DNA of 64,000 nucleotides from contig JBBFKZ010000005.1 in assembly GCA_037481775.1 (NCBI GenBank), positions 1 through 64,000 of the forward strand, given 5' to 3'. This stretch comes from Candidatus Bathyarchaeia archaeon (GTDB lineage Archaea > Thermoproteota > Bathyarchaeia > Bathyarchaeales > Bathycorpusculaceae). Each line of letters begins with the position of its first letter. Positions within the stretch are counted from its first letter, which is position 1. Position numbers and translations under genes: made by a program. The notes beneath the pieces are model-generated. The model had not been told where the DNA came from. It saw only the letters and a program-made list of their open reading frames with translations, and made no database searches. Shown in pieces: positions 1 through 9,906 of the stretch.

Positions 1-378
1 AGCGGATTCAACATAACTAAAGAGCTTACCAAAGCCAATCTCGCTACAAACTTCAGAGAACCTTTGACCTTATATCCTTGCTGGAACATCGAGTTGTACC
101 TCGACCAGAAACAGCCTTATGCCAACTATACATATCCAAGTGGAGTTTACGCCCTTTACGTTAGAATCTGGGCAGACTCTGGAGAAGTTTTCAGTTGCAC
201 TCCATTGACTGTCGGCGGGCTCATTCCAGATGGCGAATCGATATCATCTCCCTCAGCTCAAGACGAGAATAATACTGCACAACCGTTGGATGCAAACATG
301 TTAGCCGCCATAGCTGTATCCGTGATCATCGGAGCAGTAATCATGTCGGCAATAGCGTATAAGAAAAGAAGCAAATAG
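1..378 (+). CDS. C-terminal part of a membrane-anchored secreted hypothetical protein (5'-partial)
   Basis: Frame is open from position 1; ends in a hydrophobic TM helix plus basic tail (AAIAVSVIIGAVIMSAIAYKKRSK); T-rich tract follows. Confidence 0.7.
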   Translation, partial: SGFNITKELTKANLATNFREPLTLYPCWNIELYLDQKQPYANYTYPSGVYALYVRIWADSGEVFSCTPLTVGGLIPDGESISSPSAQDENNTAQPLDANMLAAIAVSVIIGAVIMSAIAYKKRSK

Positions 379-550
379 CTCCCTCGCTTCTCTCCTTTTT
401 TGTTTTATAGGGCAGGAATTAGGGTCATCAGTGCAAATCTTCAAAACTTCATACCTTCAAAAGCGCTGATAAACAATTAATGAATCAAAAAAGGAAGCGA
501 GAAATAAGATAAATTCCCGCTAAAATTCCTAGGGGTGCCGTAACAAAATC

Positions 551-644
551 TGGCGGGCCCGACGGGAATTGAACCCGTGACCCCCGGATTTCTTCGGCTT
601 ATGCTTAAAAGTCCGGTGCTCTGTCCTTACTGAGCTACGGGCCC
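551..644 (-). tRNA. tRNA-Lys(UUU) with 16-nt intron at 37/38 (590-605), CCA encoded
   Basis: Reverse complement folds as acceptor GGGCCCG/CGGGCCC, anticodon arm CCGGA-CT-TTT-A[intron]A-TCCGG, T-loop TTCAATT, 3' GCCA. Confidence 0.95.
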
Positions 645-719
645 ACTCAGCGTATTTCACGCTCATAGGAGAAACAAAAAAGGGGTTTTTTAGCGTTTCG
701 ATTCAACATTAAAAGAAAA

Positions 720-1091
720 TTAGGAGCTAGCTTGAGTTTTCAGAATGTTCGCCATGAAGCCCTTAACTTTGTCGCTTGTGTTGATTAATGTATCGATTGT
801 TTTTTCGCCCTTTTCTGTAAGTTTATAAACGCGTTTTCTTTCGTCCCATATTCCTTCGACAAGCCCGTTTCTTTCTAGAGAATACAATAGCGAATATACT
901 GTGCCTGAGCTGACGAGAAGATTGAACTTGTTATGTATGTATGAGATAACGTCGTAGCCACTGAGTGGCCCGTTTCGCAGTTCCGTCATTATTATTATGT
1001 CCCTGAAGTTTTTGATTATGCGTTCGTGCATTTTCTTGAGGATTTGTCCTTCAAGCCTGCTGTTGCTAACAGCAACTGTTAGTGCTACCAT
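720..1091 (-). CDS. PadR-family winged-helix transcriptional regulator
   Basis: SGYDVI...SSGTVYSLLYSLERNGLV...RKRVYKLTEKG is the PadR signature. Confidence 0.9.
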   Translation of the reverse strand: MVALTVAVSNSRLEGQILKKMHERIIKNFRDIIIMTELRNGPLSGYDVISYIHNKFNLLVSSGTVYSLLYSLERNGLVEGIWDERKRVYKLTEKGEKTIDTLINTSDKVKGFMANILKTQASS

Positions 1092-1507
1092 GTTTGGTCA
1101 CGTTAAGATTTTTTTATTCGTGTTTAGATATATAAGATTTATTCGAATTTCGAATTAGATGTTGAAACAAAACCAGAAATATACATACAAGAACCGCGCT
1201 ACCGTGAAACCAAAATTCTATTTCCCATTCCGTGGTATTCCCCAAAATGCTTTCATGAAAAAACGCATCATTTTTTATTCCTTTAGAAATGCTTAACTTA
1301 CCGCCCTTGCACTTGGTTCGAAAAAAGATTGCACACAAAATTTGATTGAAAAAATTTCAATTTTTAATTATATAAATAACATGTGCCCATAGTGATTTTA
1401 AACACATAATTTTCATTTCACAGGTAGAGGTGGCTGTTTTTATTAGTAAGCGATATACATGCATGTTAACAAATGTTATTTTTCACTTTTGTGATTAGAA
1501 AGCCACG

Positions 1508-2569
1508 GTGCTAAAATTGATTTCATGGAAATACTCCTTTAAGCGATTAAACGAAGAATACGCAATAGCGATGAAAAAGAAGCAGGCTTTAGACAATTTG
1601 TTCAAAACGGGCAGAATCTCTGAAGCGACACGCGCCTCCTTCGAAAACGACATAAACGCCGTCCTGATGGAAATCGAAAAACAGCAGAAAGACCTCAGTG
1701 TTAAAATGCAGAGTAAAATGCAGGAACTAGAAACCCAGATTAAAACGTTAGAGACACTCCTTGCTAACTATGAAATACAGCATGTGATTGGCGAAATTGA
1801 TGAAGAAAGCTACCAGAGAGAGATCACCCTCTTATCCACAGGACTTGAAACTGCCAAACACGAATTAGACGCAATAAAAGACGCCATAAACCAACTTGCC
1901 TCACCTGTTACTAAATCAGTAACCGAACCTTTGCCAACTGAAGCAGTTGAACCTGCCCCCCCTGCTCCAGCAGAAGCTAAAACTGACATTCCAGTGGAGA
2001 CGGACGTTACAGCAGAGCCTGTTCCTGAAGAACCCGCCGTAACAACAGAGCAAGTGGTTCCAGAGCAGCAACCTGAAATTGTAAGCGAAGAAACAATCAA
2101 TGCAGAGGTAACTCAAACTGCCGACAGCGCACCTCCACCTATGACGGAAACACCTGCGCCAGTGGAAAATCCGCCGGTAATCACGGAAGAGGCGCCACAA
2201 CAAATAGAACCAATCACTGAGGTAACAGAAGAAACAACCGAAATTACAGAGCCAGTTTCTCAAGACACAGAAAAGCCTGTAGAAGAGATGGCAGTAGAAC
2301 CAGGGATTAAAGAAGAAACAACGCAAGTCACAGAGGACACACTTGACGTGACGGAGCATCCATCAGAGATCGCGGCGGAGGTACTGCAGGTAATAGAAAG
2401 CGCGCCAGCGATTGTGGAGGAAATTGTTGATAAGGCCCACCCTCAGAAAGCGCCGGAAGAGGCGCATCAAGAAGTAATCGTCGAAAACACTTCAGATCAG
2501 GAAACAGATATCGAAGAAATGGCCGCAACCGCAGAAACAGATGAAAATACTGAAAATGAAGAAGCTTGA
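1508..2569 (+). CDS. CdvA-like coiled-coil protein with long acidic Pro/Glu/Thr-rich tail
   Basis: N-terminal ~130 aa coiled coil with KKQALDNLFKTGRISE and HVIGEIDEESY, typical of CdvA-like domains; low-complexity acidic C-terminus. Confidence 0.7.
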   Translation: MLKLISWKYSFKRLNEEYAIAMKKKQALDNLFKTGRISEATRASFENDINAVLMEIEKQQKDLSVKMQSKMQELETQIKTLETLLANYEIQHVIGEIDEESYQREITLLSTGLETAKHELDAIKDAINQLASPVTKSVTEPLPTEAVEPAPPAPAEAKTDIPVETDVTAEPVPEEPAVTTEQVVPEQQPEIVSEETINAEVTQTADSAPPPMTETPAPVENPPVITEEAPQQIEPITEVTEETTEITEPVSQDTEKPVEEMAVEPGIKEETTQVTEDTLDVTEHPSEIAAEVLQVIESAPAIVEEIVDKAHPQKAPEEAHQEVIVENTSDQETDIEEMAATAETDENTENEEA

Positions 2570-2936
2570 TATAAGAAGAATGTTTTCTCTTCTTTTTCTT
2601 TTTATGAGGTATTACGCCTTTCTGTTGTGGCTCTATGAATTTTAGAGTTGAACCAAATAAGTGTCGAGTTTTCTATAGATATACAGTTACGGGGATCATC
2701 AGTCTTTCTGAGTTTAACTCATCCATTTGGCTTTTCAGGCTTGTTCTCTGCGGTAATGATGCGAAATTCTATAAATATCCTAGTTCCTAGTATGTTGAAT
2801 GGTAAATAGCATTTATGAATTTTTATGGCATGATAGAAATTCCGCAAAATATAGAAAAGGAGAAGATGCGAGAAAAATAGCTCATTTAGCTTTTTGTCAT
2901 CCATTTAGAGTTCTAATAAGCCCATTTTTGGAAGGA

Positions 2937-3443
2937 TTAAACTATGTAGTTGCCTGTTTTCTCAAAATCTTTTACGATTTGCATAACCCGCTTCGGCGCG
3001 TTGAGCTCTTGAATTGGAATGTTTTGAAGTAAAATCCATGGTGTTTTGAGTGCGATAATTGTTGAGATGTGTTTTTCGCCGAAGCATTTCTGGGCAACTT
3101 TAACGACGTTGCGTCTTACTGCTGTTTCAGATAATTCGCCTAGCGCATGCAAATACTCGTGGAGTAGAAGGTTGTAAACTAAAGCGTTTACCACTTGCTT
3201 CGAACTTAGTGATGCCTCGACAATCTCAACTAACCTTCTGTTCAATACTATGTTGTTTGTTCCAATGGGGTGGTAAGCGCCAAGTTGCAGTGGTAAATCG
3301 TCCAGAAAAAGCATCATGCTTCCGCCTCGTTTGCCGAGCGAAAACTCAACTGTGTCCTTGACGACTTGCCAAACTTCGGCGTAACTATCAGCGGATTCAA
3401 GCCTATTGCGAAACTTGGTTATAGTTGCTTCATTATTACTCAA
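2937..3443 (-). CDS. Putative zincin-like metalloprotein (HExxH)
   Basis: LLLHEYLHALG motif preceded by GAYHP; downstream of pyrG on the same strand. Confidence 0.65.
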   Translation of the reverse strand: MSNNEATITKFRNRLESADSYAEVWQVVKDTVEFSLGKRGGSMMLFLDDLPLQLGAYHPIGTNNIVLNRRLVEIVEASLSSKQVVNALVYNLLLHEYLHALGELSETAVRRNVVKVAQKCFGEKHISTIIALKTPWILLQNIPIQELNAPKRVMQIVKDFEKTGNYIV

Positions 3444-3518
3444 GGATTTCCCTTCACTTGCTGCGAAGAATCCTGTCCTATCTTGCCTTTAAACATATAT
3501 GTCGAAATAAAGTAAAAA

Positions 3519-5147
3519 CTAGTCGAAAATAGGTTTCGGTTTTCCGAGTTTTCTGCTTAAGCACGCGCTGACGAAGCCGTAATACGCTGGTGATGGTTTA
3601 CCGAGACGGCTTTTGAACTCGCCATGGAACTGCGACGCAAAGAAGAAGTAATTGTTAGATAGTTCCAGAGTTTCCATTCTTCTGCCGTCCGCGCTCTTGC
3701 CCGAAAAGCATAAGCCCTTTTCCTTCAAAATCTTCAAGTAGTCTATGTTGACTTCATATCTGTGGCGGTGTCTTTCATAGATTTCCCTGCATTTATACAA
3801 ACGGTACGCCATAGTGTCTGGCTCCAGTATCACTTTATGCGCGCCTAATCTCATGGTGGCGCCTTTGTCTTTCACCTCACGTTGTTCAGGCATGAGGGCA
3901 ATTACTGGATGAGGCGTATCAGGATTAATCTCAATGCTGTTTGCATCTTTTAAGCCACAGACGTTTCGAGCAAACTCGATGACTGCCAACTGAAAACCAT
4001 AGCAGATGCCGAGAAAGGGTATATCGTTTTCTCTCGCAAACTTTATAGCGGTCATCTTCCCTTCAGTGCCTCTGGGACCGAAACCATAGGGCACAAAGAT
4101 GCCATCAAAGTTTGCCAGCTCTTTTGCGCACTCTGGGTTTTGCTCAAGCTTTTCTGCTTCCAAATACGTGATGCATACGCGTGTTTTGCATGCCGCTCCG
4201 CTGTGGCGCAGGGCTTCGCTCATGCTCACATAACTATCTGCTAGCCCAGCATACTTGCCTATCAACGCGATATTAACTTCATGCTCAGGTTTTAGCAGTG
4301 CATTTACAAATTGCTGCCACTCTTGGAAGTCCTGAATATTGCAGTTATAGCCCAATCGCTGGCAGATAAAGTCGCCCATTCCCTGCTTGTTAAGAATAAG
4401 TGGCACTTGATAAACGGATTCAACATTATATGAGCAGAAAACTGCATTTTCCGGAATCGTTCCGAAGAGGGCGATCTTCCGCAAGGTTTCGGCATCAATC
4501 ATTTTGGGACTTCGCGCCACTATTATGTCTGGTTGGATACCGATACGTCTTAACTCGTTTACGCTGTGCTGCAACGGCTTCGTCTTCATTTCATTAGTTA
4601 CATCCAAAATTGGAACCAATGCGACATGAACATACAAGGTGTTTTCAAAACCCTCTTCTAAGCGCATCTGTCGTATAGCTTCCAAGAAAGGCAAACCTTC
4701 AATATCGCCTACTGTGCCGCCCACCTCAGTTAAGACAACCTCAGCGTTAGAAGTTTTCGCCACGCTTCTTATGCGATGCTTGATTTCGTTAGTTACATGC
4801 GGCACAATTTGGACGCACCGCCCCAGGAAGTCGCCGCGCCGTTCCTTCTCAATTATCGTTTTATACACGAGTCCTGTGGTTACGTTGTTCTCTCGTGTTA
4901 GGCTTAAGTCCAGAAATCGTTCATACCATCCTAAGTCTAGGTCGGTTTCGCCGCCGTCGTCTGTAACGAAGACTTCGCCGTGCATGTAAGGATTCATAGT
5001 TCCTGCGTCAACGTTCACATAGGGATCAATTTTTATGACAGTGGGCTTTATCCCTCTTACTTGAAGCATCTTGCCAATAGAAGAGGTTAGAATACCCTTA
5101 CCTACAGAACTTAACACGCCGCCAGTAACAAAAATGTACTTAACCAT
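3519..5147 (-). CDS. pyrG: CTP synthase
   Basis: MVKYIFVTGGVLSSVGKG, KIDPYVNVDAGTM, GICYGFQ, RHRHRYE, QFHGEF; start moved to the ATG at 5147. Confidence 0.98.
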   Translation of the reverse strand: MVKYIFVTGGVLSSVGKGILTSSIGKMLQVRGIKPTVIKIDPYVNVDAGTMNPYMHGEVFVTDDGGETDLDLGWYERFLDLSLTRENNVTTGLVYKTIIEKERRGDFLGRCVQIVPHVTNEIKHRIRSVAKTSNAEVVLTEVGGTVGDIEGLPFLEAIRQMRLEEGFENTLYVHVALVPILDVTNEMKTKPLQHSVNELRRIGIQPDIIVARSPKMIDAETLRKIALFGTIPENAVFCSYNVESVYQVPLILNKQGMGDFICQRLGYNCNIQDFQEWQQFVNALLKPEHEVNIALIGKYAGLADSYVSMSEALRHSGAACKTRVCITYLEAEKLEQNPECAKELANFDGIFVPYGFGPRGTEGKMTAIKFARENDIPFLGICYGFQLAVIEFARNVCGLKDANSIEINPDTPHPVIALMPEQREVKDKGATMRLGAHKVILEPDTMAYRLYKCREIYERHRHRYEVNIDYLKILKEKGLCFSGKSADGRRMETLELSNNYFFFASQFHGEFKSRLGKPSPAYYGFVSACLSRKLGKPKPIFD

Positions 5148-5281
5148 GAGTTTCCCCCGTAATAACCTACCCTTTTCAGCGGCAATTAATATAACTTTTT
5201 TGCGTGCCAAAAACGGCATAGCATGAGAACTAAGCACTTAAGATTTAGCCTATTATTCTCCTATGAAGAGATGCTTAAAAC

Positions 5282-5605
5282 CTAGCTACGACGCTTCATT
5301 CTCACTATTGCACGTGCTATCAGCCAAGCACCTATGAGAATCAGGATAATTTCCCACCACGGGACACGTATATTGAAAGCTTCGCCCAGCAACAAACTAA
5401 ACCCGAGAAAGGCAATCGCTATGCCAACAATCAAAGTTGTAAGTGCGCCTCTTCTGCGATGAAAACTGTAGTAATCGCCTGTGCGATGTCTATGTCTCCA
5501 GTAAAATTCGCCTTCAGCATTCACACCGTAAAGGCGTGCACCGCAATTAATACAAAATGCGCTATTTTCCGAGTTATTAGCGCCGCATTTAATGCAATAA
5601 ACCAT
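5282..5605 (-). CDS. Zinc-ribbon domain membrane protein
   Basis: CIKCG...CINCG zinc ribbon followed by two TM helices. Confidence 0.8.
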   Translation of the reverse strand: MVYCIKCGANNSENSAFCINCGARLYGVNAEGEFYWRHRHRTGDYYSFHRRRGALTTLIVGIAIAFLGFSLLLGEAFNIRVPWWEIILILIGAWLIARAIVRMKRRS

Positions 5606-5926
5606 GTTTTTTCCTTCTCTGGTCTATTTTTAGCTCTCTACTCATAAAACTTTTGACTAAACCCAACTTCTGTCTGAAAATCATTTACCATATAGATGCA
5701 GACAAGCAATACCGCATGGAATTAAAAAAAATCAAAGCCACAGTAGAGTCAAACTTCTGATTAAAGGTTTTTCTGAATTGCTGCTTCAGAAACCTTAAAG
5801 AGCAAGCATACAAATTACGTAAATGTAATATAGAGTAATATCCAATAATCTCATGTTACGCGAAAAGTAATTCGTGTCATGTGATTAACCCTAATTCAAT
5901 AACTTACACGTTGGAGGTGTACGCTT

Positions 5927-7069
5927 ACGGGATCATCGCAAACATTCACCATAAAATATATCATACACGCCAAATTCGAAATAGAAGGCGTTGTGGAAAA
6001 ACCAGACGTTATAGGAGCAGTTTTTGGCCAAACAGAAGGACTTTTCGGACCAGAACTTGATCTCCGAGAACTGCAGAAAACAGGTCGCATAGGTAGAATA
6101 GAAATTGATTTGCACTCAAAAAATGACCGAACCACGGGTACAATAACGGTTCCAACAAGCTTAGATCGAGTAAGCACTGCATTAATCGCCGCAAGCATAG
6201 AAAGCATAAACCGTGTTGGGCCCTGCGCGGCCAAGGTTGTTCTAGACAGAGTTGAAGACGTGCGAGAAGCAAGACGCAAAGTGATCATTGATCGTGCTAA
6301 GGAGATTCTGCACAAGTGGAATATCGAGTCCATGCCCACTGTTGACGAGGTCTATAAACAGATTTCTGATACCATGAAAATCGGTAAGGTTGAGAAATAC
6401 GGGCCTGAAGAGCTTCCTGCTGGTCCAGAATTGGAGAGCGCAAAGGAAATTATAATTGTGGAAGGCCGCGCGGACGTAATAAACTTGATGCGCTGCGGGA
6501 TTATGAATACTGTTGCACTTGAAGGCGCAAAGGTTCCAGAATCAATTAAGAAGCTTACCAAAGAAAAAGAGGCTACTGCGCTTTTGGACGGCGACCGCGG
6601 TGGCGATTTAATTCTTAAAGAGCTCTTGCAGGTTACGAATATCCGTTATGTTAGCCGTGCGCCAAGAGGCAAAGAAATTGAAGAATGTAACTGCAAAGAG
6701 ATTTATGAAGCCTTAGCCGCTCGAGTTCCAGTATCTGAAATTTTGAAGCCGAAGAAAGAGCGGCCTAAACTTGAGGTGCCTGCTGAAATTGTTGAGACGG
6801 CAAAGGAGTTGCAGGGCACGCTTGAGGCGGTTCTTCTAAACGAGAAGCCTGAGCCGGTTGAACGGTTACCCGTTAGCCAGTTAGCTGAAAGACTCCAGCA
6901 AGTAAGCGGCATCGACACTGTGGTTTTTGACGGCATTATCACTCAGCGGATTGTGGATATGGCCAGTGAAAAGAACATAAAGCGTATAGTTGCTTCCCGC
7001 CTTTCAGAAGCCGTTAAACCCGCGTTGAACGTGGAGCTTTTAACTTTCAAAGACATTATTCCAAGCTAA
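5927..7069 (+). CDS. dnaG: Archaeal DnaG (TOPRIM primase / exosome-associated)
   Basis: KYIIHAKFEIEGVVEKPDVIGAVFGQTEG, IIVEGRADV, DGDRGG. The conserved N-terminus extends upstream of the annotated GTG (5993) to an ACG at 5927 behind a GGAGGTG SD. Confidence 0.95.
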   Translation, partial: TGSSQTFTIKYIIHAKFEIEGVVEKPDVIGAVFGQTEGLFGPELDLRELQKTGRIGRIEIDLHSKNDRTTGTITVPTSLDRVSTALIAASIESINRVGPCAAKVVLDRVEDVREARRKVIIDRAKEILHKWNIESMPTVDEVYKQISDTMKIGKVEKYGPEELPAGPELESAKEIIIVEGRADVINLMRCGIMNTVALEGAKVPESIKKLTKEKEATALLDGDRGGDLILKELLQVTNIRYVSRAPRGKEIEECNCKEIYEALAARVPVSEILKPKKERPKLEVPAEIVETAKELQGTLEAVLLNEKPEPVERLPVSQLAERLQQVSGIDTVVFDGIITQRIVDMASEKNIKRIVASRLSEAVKPALNVELLTFKDIIPS

Positions 7070-9450
7070 TCGCGTATAAAGTCCATTAGGCTTCGTGTGT
7101 CCTTATCTTTTTTTGATGGCTTTAGTAATTCCTCTTCTTTTATGCCGAAGAGTTCCAGCACGCGGGCGGCTGCGGGCACAACTTGCTTGGTTATGTAATA
7201 TTCAGTGTCTACTTCATCATAAGTGGCGAAGACGTATGGTTTTACCCTGTCGTATAAGCGTCCCTCACCGGCTAAGATTACGTAGCCCACTTTGTCGCCT
7301 ACAGTCATCTCCCAACCCTTGCGTCTTAATGCCTTCGCGGCTTCTACATGTGACGCCTTTATCTTGTACTCTTCCACAGGCTTTGTGAGGGTTTTCCAGA
7401 TGATGAGGTCGCGGAACGGCACTTTCCTCTGCCTCAAATCGGCAATTATACTACGTACATAATCAGCTGCTTTGCCGGGTGCTTGCTCTTTCAGAATTGT
7501 TTCCAGAACGTGTTCTTGCACTTTTTTGGCAACTTCTGCCCAGTCTCCTCGAATAACCTCTAAGCCAACGATGTCTATGCTTCCGTCAGGGAGGAGCCCA
7601 GCGTAGCGCTTTTTTGCCTCAGTAAAGAAAATACGCGTATAAATCTTATCCAATTCAATTTCTAAGCCTAATTCATTCCTTATTTGCGAAGCCAGTTCTT
7701 GGGTTTTCTTTTCTTCGTATGTTACGAATAGGCTGTCTGTGTCGCCGTAGATGACCTTTAAGCCTTTTTCTTCAGCCATTTTGATAGCGGCGAGGATTGT
7801 ATGCCTGCCCCATGCTGAGGCTGCTTCTGCTACTGGCTTGCGGTACCATCTTGCGCCTATCCAACCAGCGTAGCCGTAGGCGGCGTTTGTGATGACTTTG
7901 ACCGCTTTCTGCCTTGCATCCAAAACTTGATATTCAACGCTTTTCGGGTTTAGCGTTCTCATTTTGGCGCGGACTTCGCTTCTCACACTAATTAAGTAGG
8001 ATAGCACTTCTTTGTAGAAGCCTGCTGGCTGTTTTCGGAATTTATGCTTAACTTCCGGTGCTTCAAACACGCCGTCCGGCGGCTCTGGGTCTGCTGGCGG
8101 GATATAGGTGTCTGGGGAAAGATTGTAGGCAATCATTATATTTGGGTACATGGATTTGAAGTCTAAAACTGCAATGTTCGTGTGAAGCCCAGCGTGCGGT
8201 TTGAGCACGATGCCGCCAGCGTATGGCCTGTAGGGCTGCTCGATTCTTTTGGGCACGAGCTCGCCGATTTTCTGCGCGTGTTTTATGAGGAACCATTCTA
8301 CTCGGAAGCCTACCGCCGCAGTCATAACATGATCTAGGGGCAAGCATACGAGGTTTGAGAGTTGGATGGCGAAGTCTAAGAGCGCTGCAGCTACGCCTTT
8401 GATTCTACGCGCGTTTTCTCTGGCGAAGATTTTGAGCGCTTCACGTTTTTGCTTGTCATCCCAGTAATCCGCGAAGTCCACGTCTTCTATTATCGGGTGC
8501 CGCGCGGTTTTCATGACGCCTAAGTAGTCTGCAAGGTTCTGAAGTGTTTTGACTTTGATATCTGGGAATTCATCTGCGAAGTCAGCGAGGTCCAGGTTAG
8601 CTATGCCTGTTAGTGAAGTGTGTCCGTAAACGCTGGTGTGCGGCTCAGCGCATGCCCTGTCAATGCACAGCTTTAGTCCAAGTTTTCTGCTTCTCTCCTT
8701 TAGGTAAGGCCAGTCCACAGTGTTTGTGCCGTAGCCCACGATGATGTCTGGGTTGAATTGCTTGACGTAGCTTATGAATTGCTCCAGCAGCAGTTTGTCG
8801 TCTTTGTCCTCGTCTGCGAGGAACTGCTTTTCTTCCTCAGCGTTTGTTGCCGTTGAGAGTATCACAACTGGGTTTCTGTCTGGTTTTGGCGAGCCCTCAC
8901 GGCTGTAGCATGCCATCGAGAAGCCGAGGATACGCAATGGCGGCACATCGTGTCTGTCCAGCAGTTTTGGCGTTGACTTTGCTGAGTAGATTCTGTCTGC
9001 TCGGACACCGATGGTATTTTCCTCTTCAGCAACTTCTATTTCATGCCATCCGCACGGAACCACGTTATTGCTGATGAAATATTGCATAGCGAAGCGAATA
9101 TCATCTTCAAGGCATTCCTGGATGCCTTCGAATGTTCGAAACGCTTTTACCAACTTCGCAATTTCCTCTGGGCCTCTGCAGTAAACCTTCACTGTTCGCA
9201 CAGGTTTCCCGAAGAATCTGCGCGGCGCAATCTCCAACCGCACTATTGCAGCGCCATACGCTTTGCTGATTGCATCCGCAACTTTTTGCGGTTCAAAGCC
9301 TTCTGCAATCAGAGCATAAAAGTAGCCAACGAAATTCCTGTCAATAATAAGCACTCTCTCACCGTTTCCCGTAATTCCCCAAAGCCACAATTCCGCCGTG
9401 CCATTTCGCATTTCAGCGTTAATGTCCAAAAGCCAAAAAACCACTTTCAC
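7066..9450 (-). CDS. polB: Family B DNA polymerase (PolB3-like), exonuclease motifs substituted
   Basis: Polymerase motifs DFKSMYP, KVITNAAYGY, YGDTDS, KKRYAG; C-terminal PIP-like RSLMDF. Confidence 0.95.
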   Translation of the reverse strand: MKVVFWLLDINAEMRNGTAELWLWGITGNGERVLIIDRNFVGYFYALIAEGFEPQKVADAISKAYGAAIVRLEIAPRRFFGKPVRTVKVYCRGPEEIAKLVKAFRTFEGIQECLEDDIRFAMQYFISNNVVPCGWHEIEVAEEENTIGVRADRIYSAKSTPKLLDRHDVPPLRILGFSMACYSREGSPKPDRNPVVILSTATNAEEEKQFLADEDKDDKLLLEQFISYVKQFNPDIIVGYGTNTVDWPYLKERSRKLGLKLCIDRACAEPHTSVYGHTSLTGIANLDLADFADEFPDIKVKTLQNLADYLGVMKTARHPIIEDVDFADYWDDKQKREALKIFARENARRIKGVAAALLDFAIQLSNLVCLPLDHVMTAAVGFRVEWFLIKHAQKIGELVPKRIEQPYRPYAGGIVLKPHAGLHTNIAVLDFKSMYPNIMIAYNLSPDTYIPPADPEPPDGVFEAPEVKHKFRKQPAGFYKEVLSYLISVRSEVRAKMRTLNPKSVEYQVLDARQKAVKVITNAAYGYAGWIGARWYRKPVAEAASAWGRHTILAAIKMAEEKGLKVIYGDTDSLFVTYEEKKTQELASQIRNELGLEIELDKIYTRIFFTEAKKRYAGLLPDGSIDIVGLEVIRGDWAEVAKKVQEHVLETILKEQAPGKAADYVRSIIADLRQRKVPFRDLIIWKTLTKPVEEYKIKASHVEAAKALRRKGWEMTVGDKVGYVILAGEGRLYDRVKPYVFATYDEVDTEYYITKQVVPAAARVLELFGIKEEELLKPSKKDKDTRSLMDFIRD

Positions 9451-9615
9451 AAGCCATCGCCTGTAGTAGAATAGGCAACCAATGCCTTTAAACCTTTAAG
9501 TATGCTCTTGTCGCATGCACGCCTTGTGCATTGGTATGCTGATTGCGTCATGCAGCCCCCCTTGCATAAAGGAAAATCAATATGCTTTGGGTGCGGCAAG
9601 CACCAATGGCGATAG

Positions 9616-9668
9616 CCCCTCTATAGGTTTCTGCATTGAATCGCTAATATGCGGCAAATATGAAGGCG
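9616..9668. repeat. 53-bp dispersed intergenic repeat, copy A
   Basis: CCCCTCTATAGGTTTCTGCATTGAATCGCTAATATGCGGCAAATATGAAGGCG; 49/53 identical to 39528-39580. Confidence 0.9.
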
Positions 9669-9906
9669 CTAATCAAGGAAGTGCTGAGAGCTATTGGAAA
9701 TGGGAATTGCGTTATTTGTGAACTATTTGAGGGCAAACTGGAAATTGTTCTGGAATGGCTTTTTGTGCTCTGCTGGGAGTGTTGTCGTTTATTGATGTGC
9801 TGAATGTGAATCACCTTTTGCTGGTTCAAATGAACCGCGTTTTCTGGTTCGTTTTGTTTATATATGTGTGTTGGTGTTTATGCTGTGCAAAAGAGGATAT
9901 AATCGA

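Noticed and set aside
1900-2560. Possible tandem repeat or array in the CdvA-like tail
   Set aside because: Low-complexity coding sequence with no exact periodic DNA repeat.
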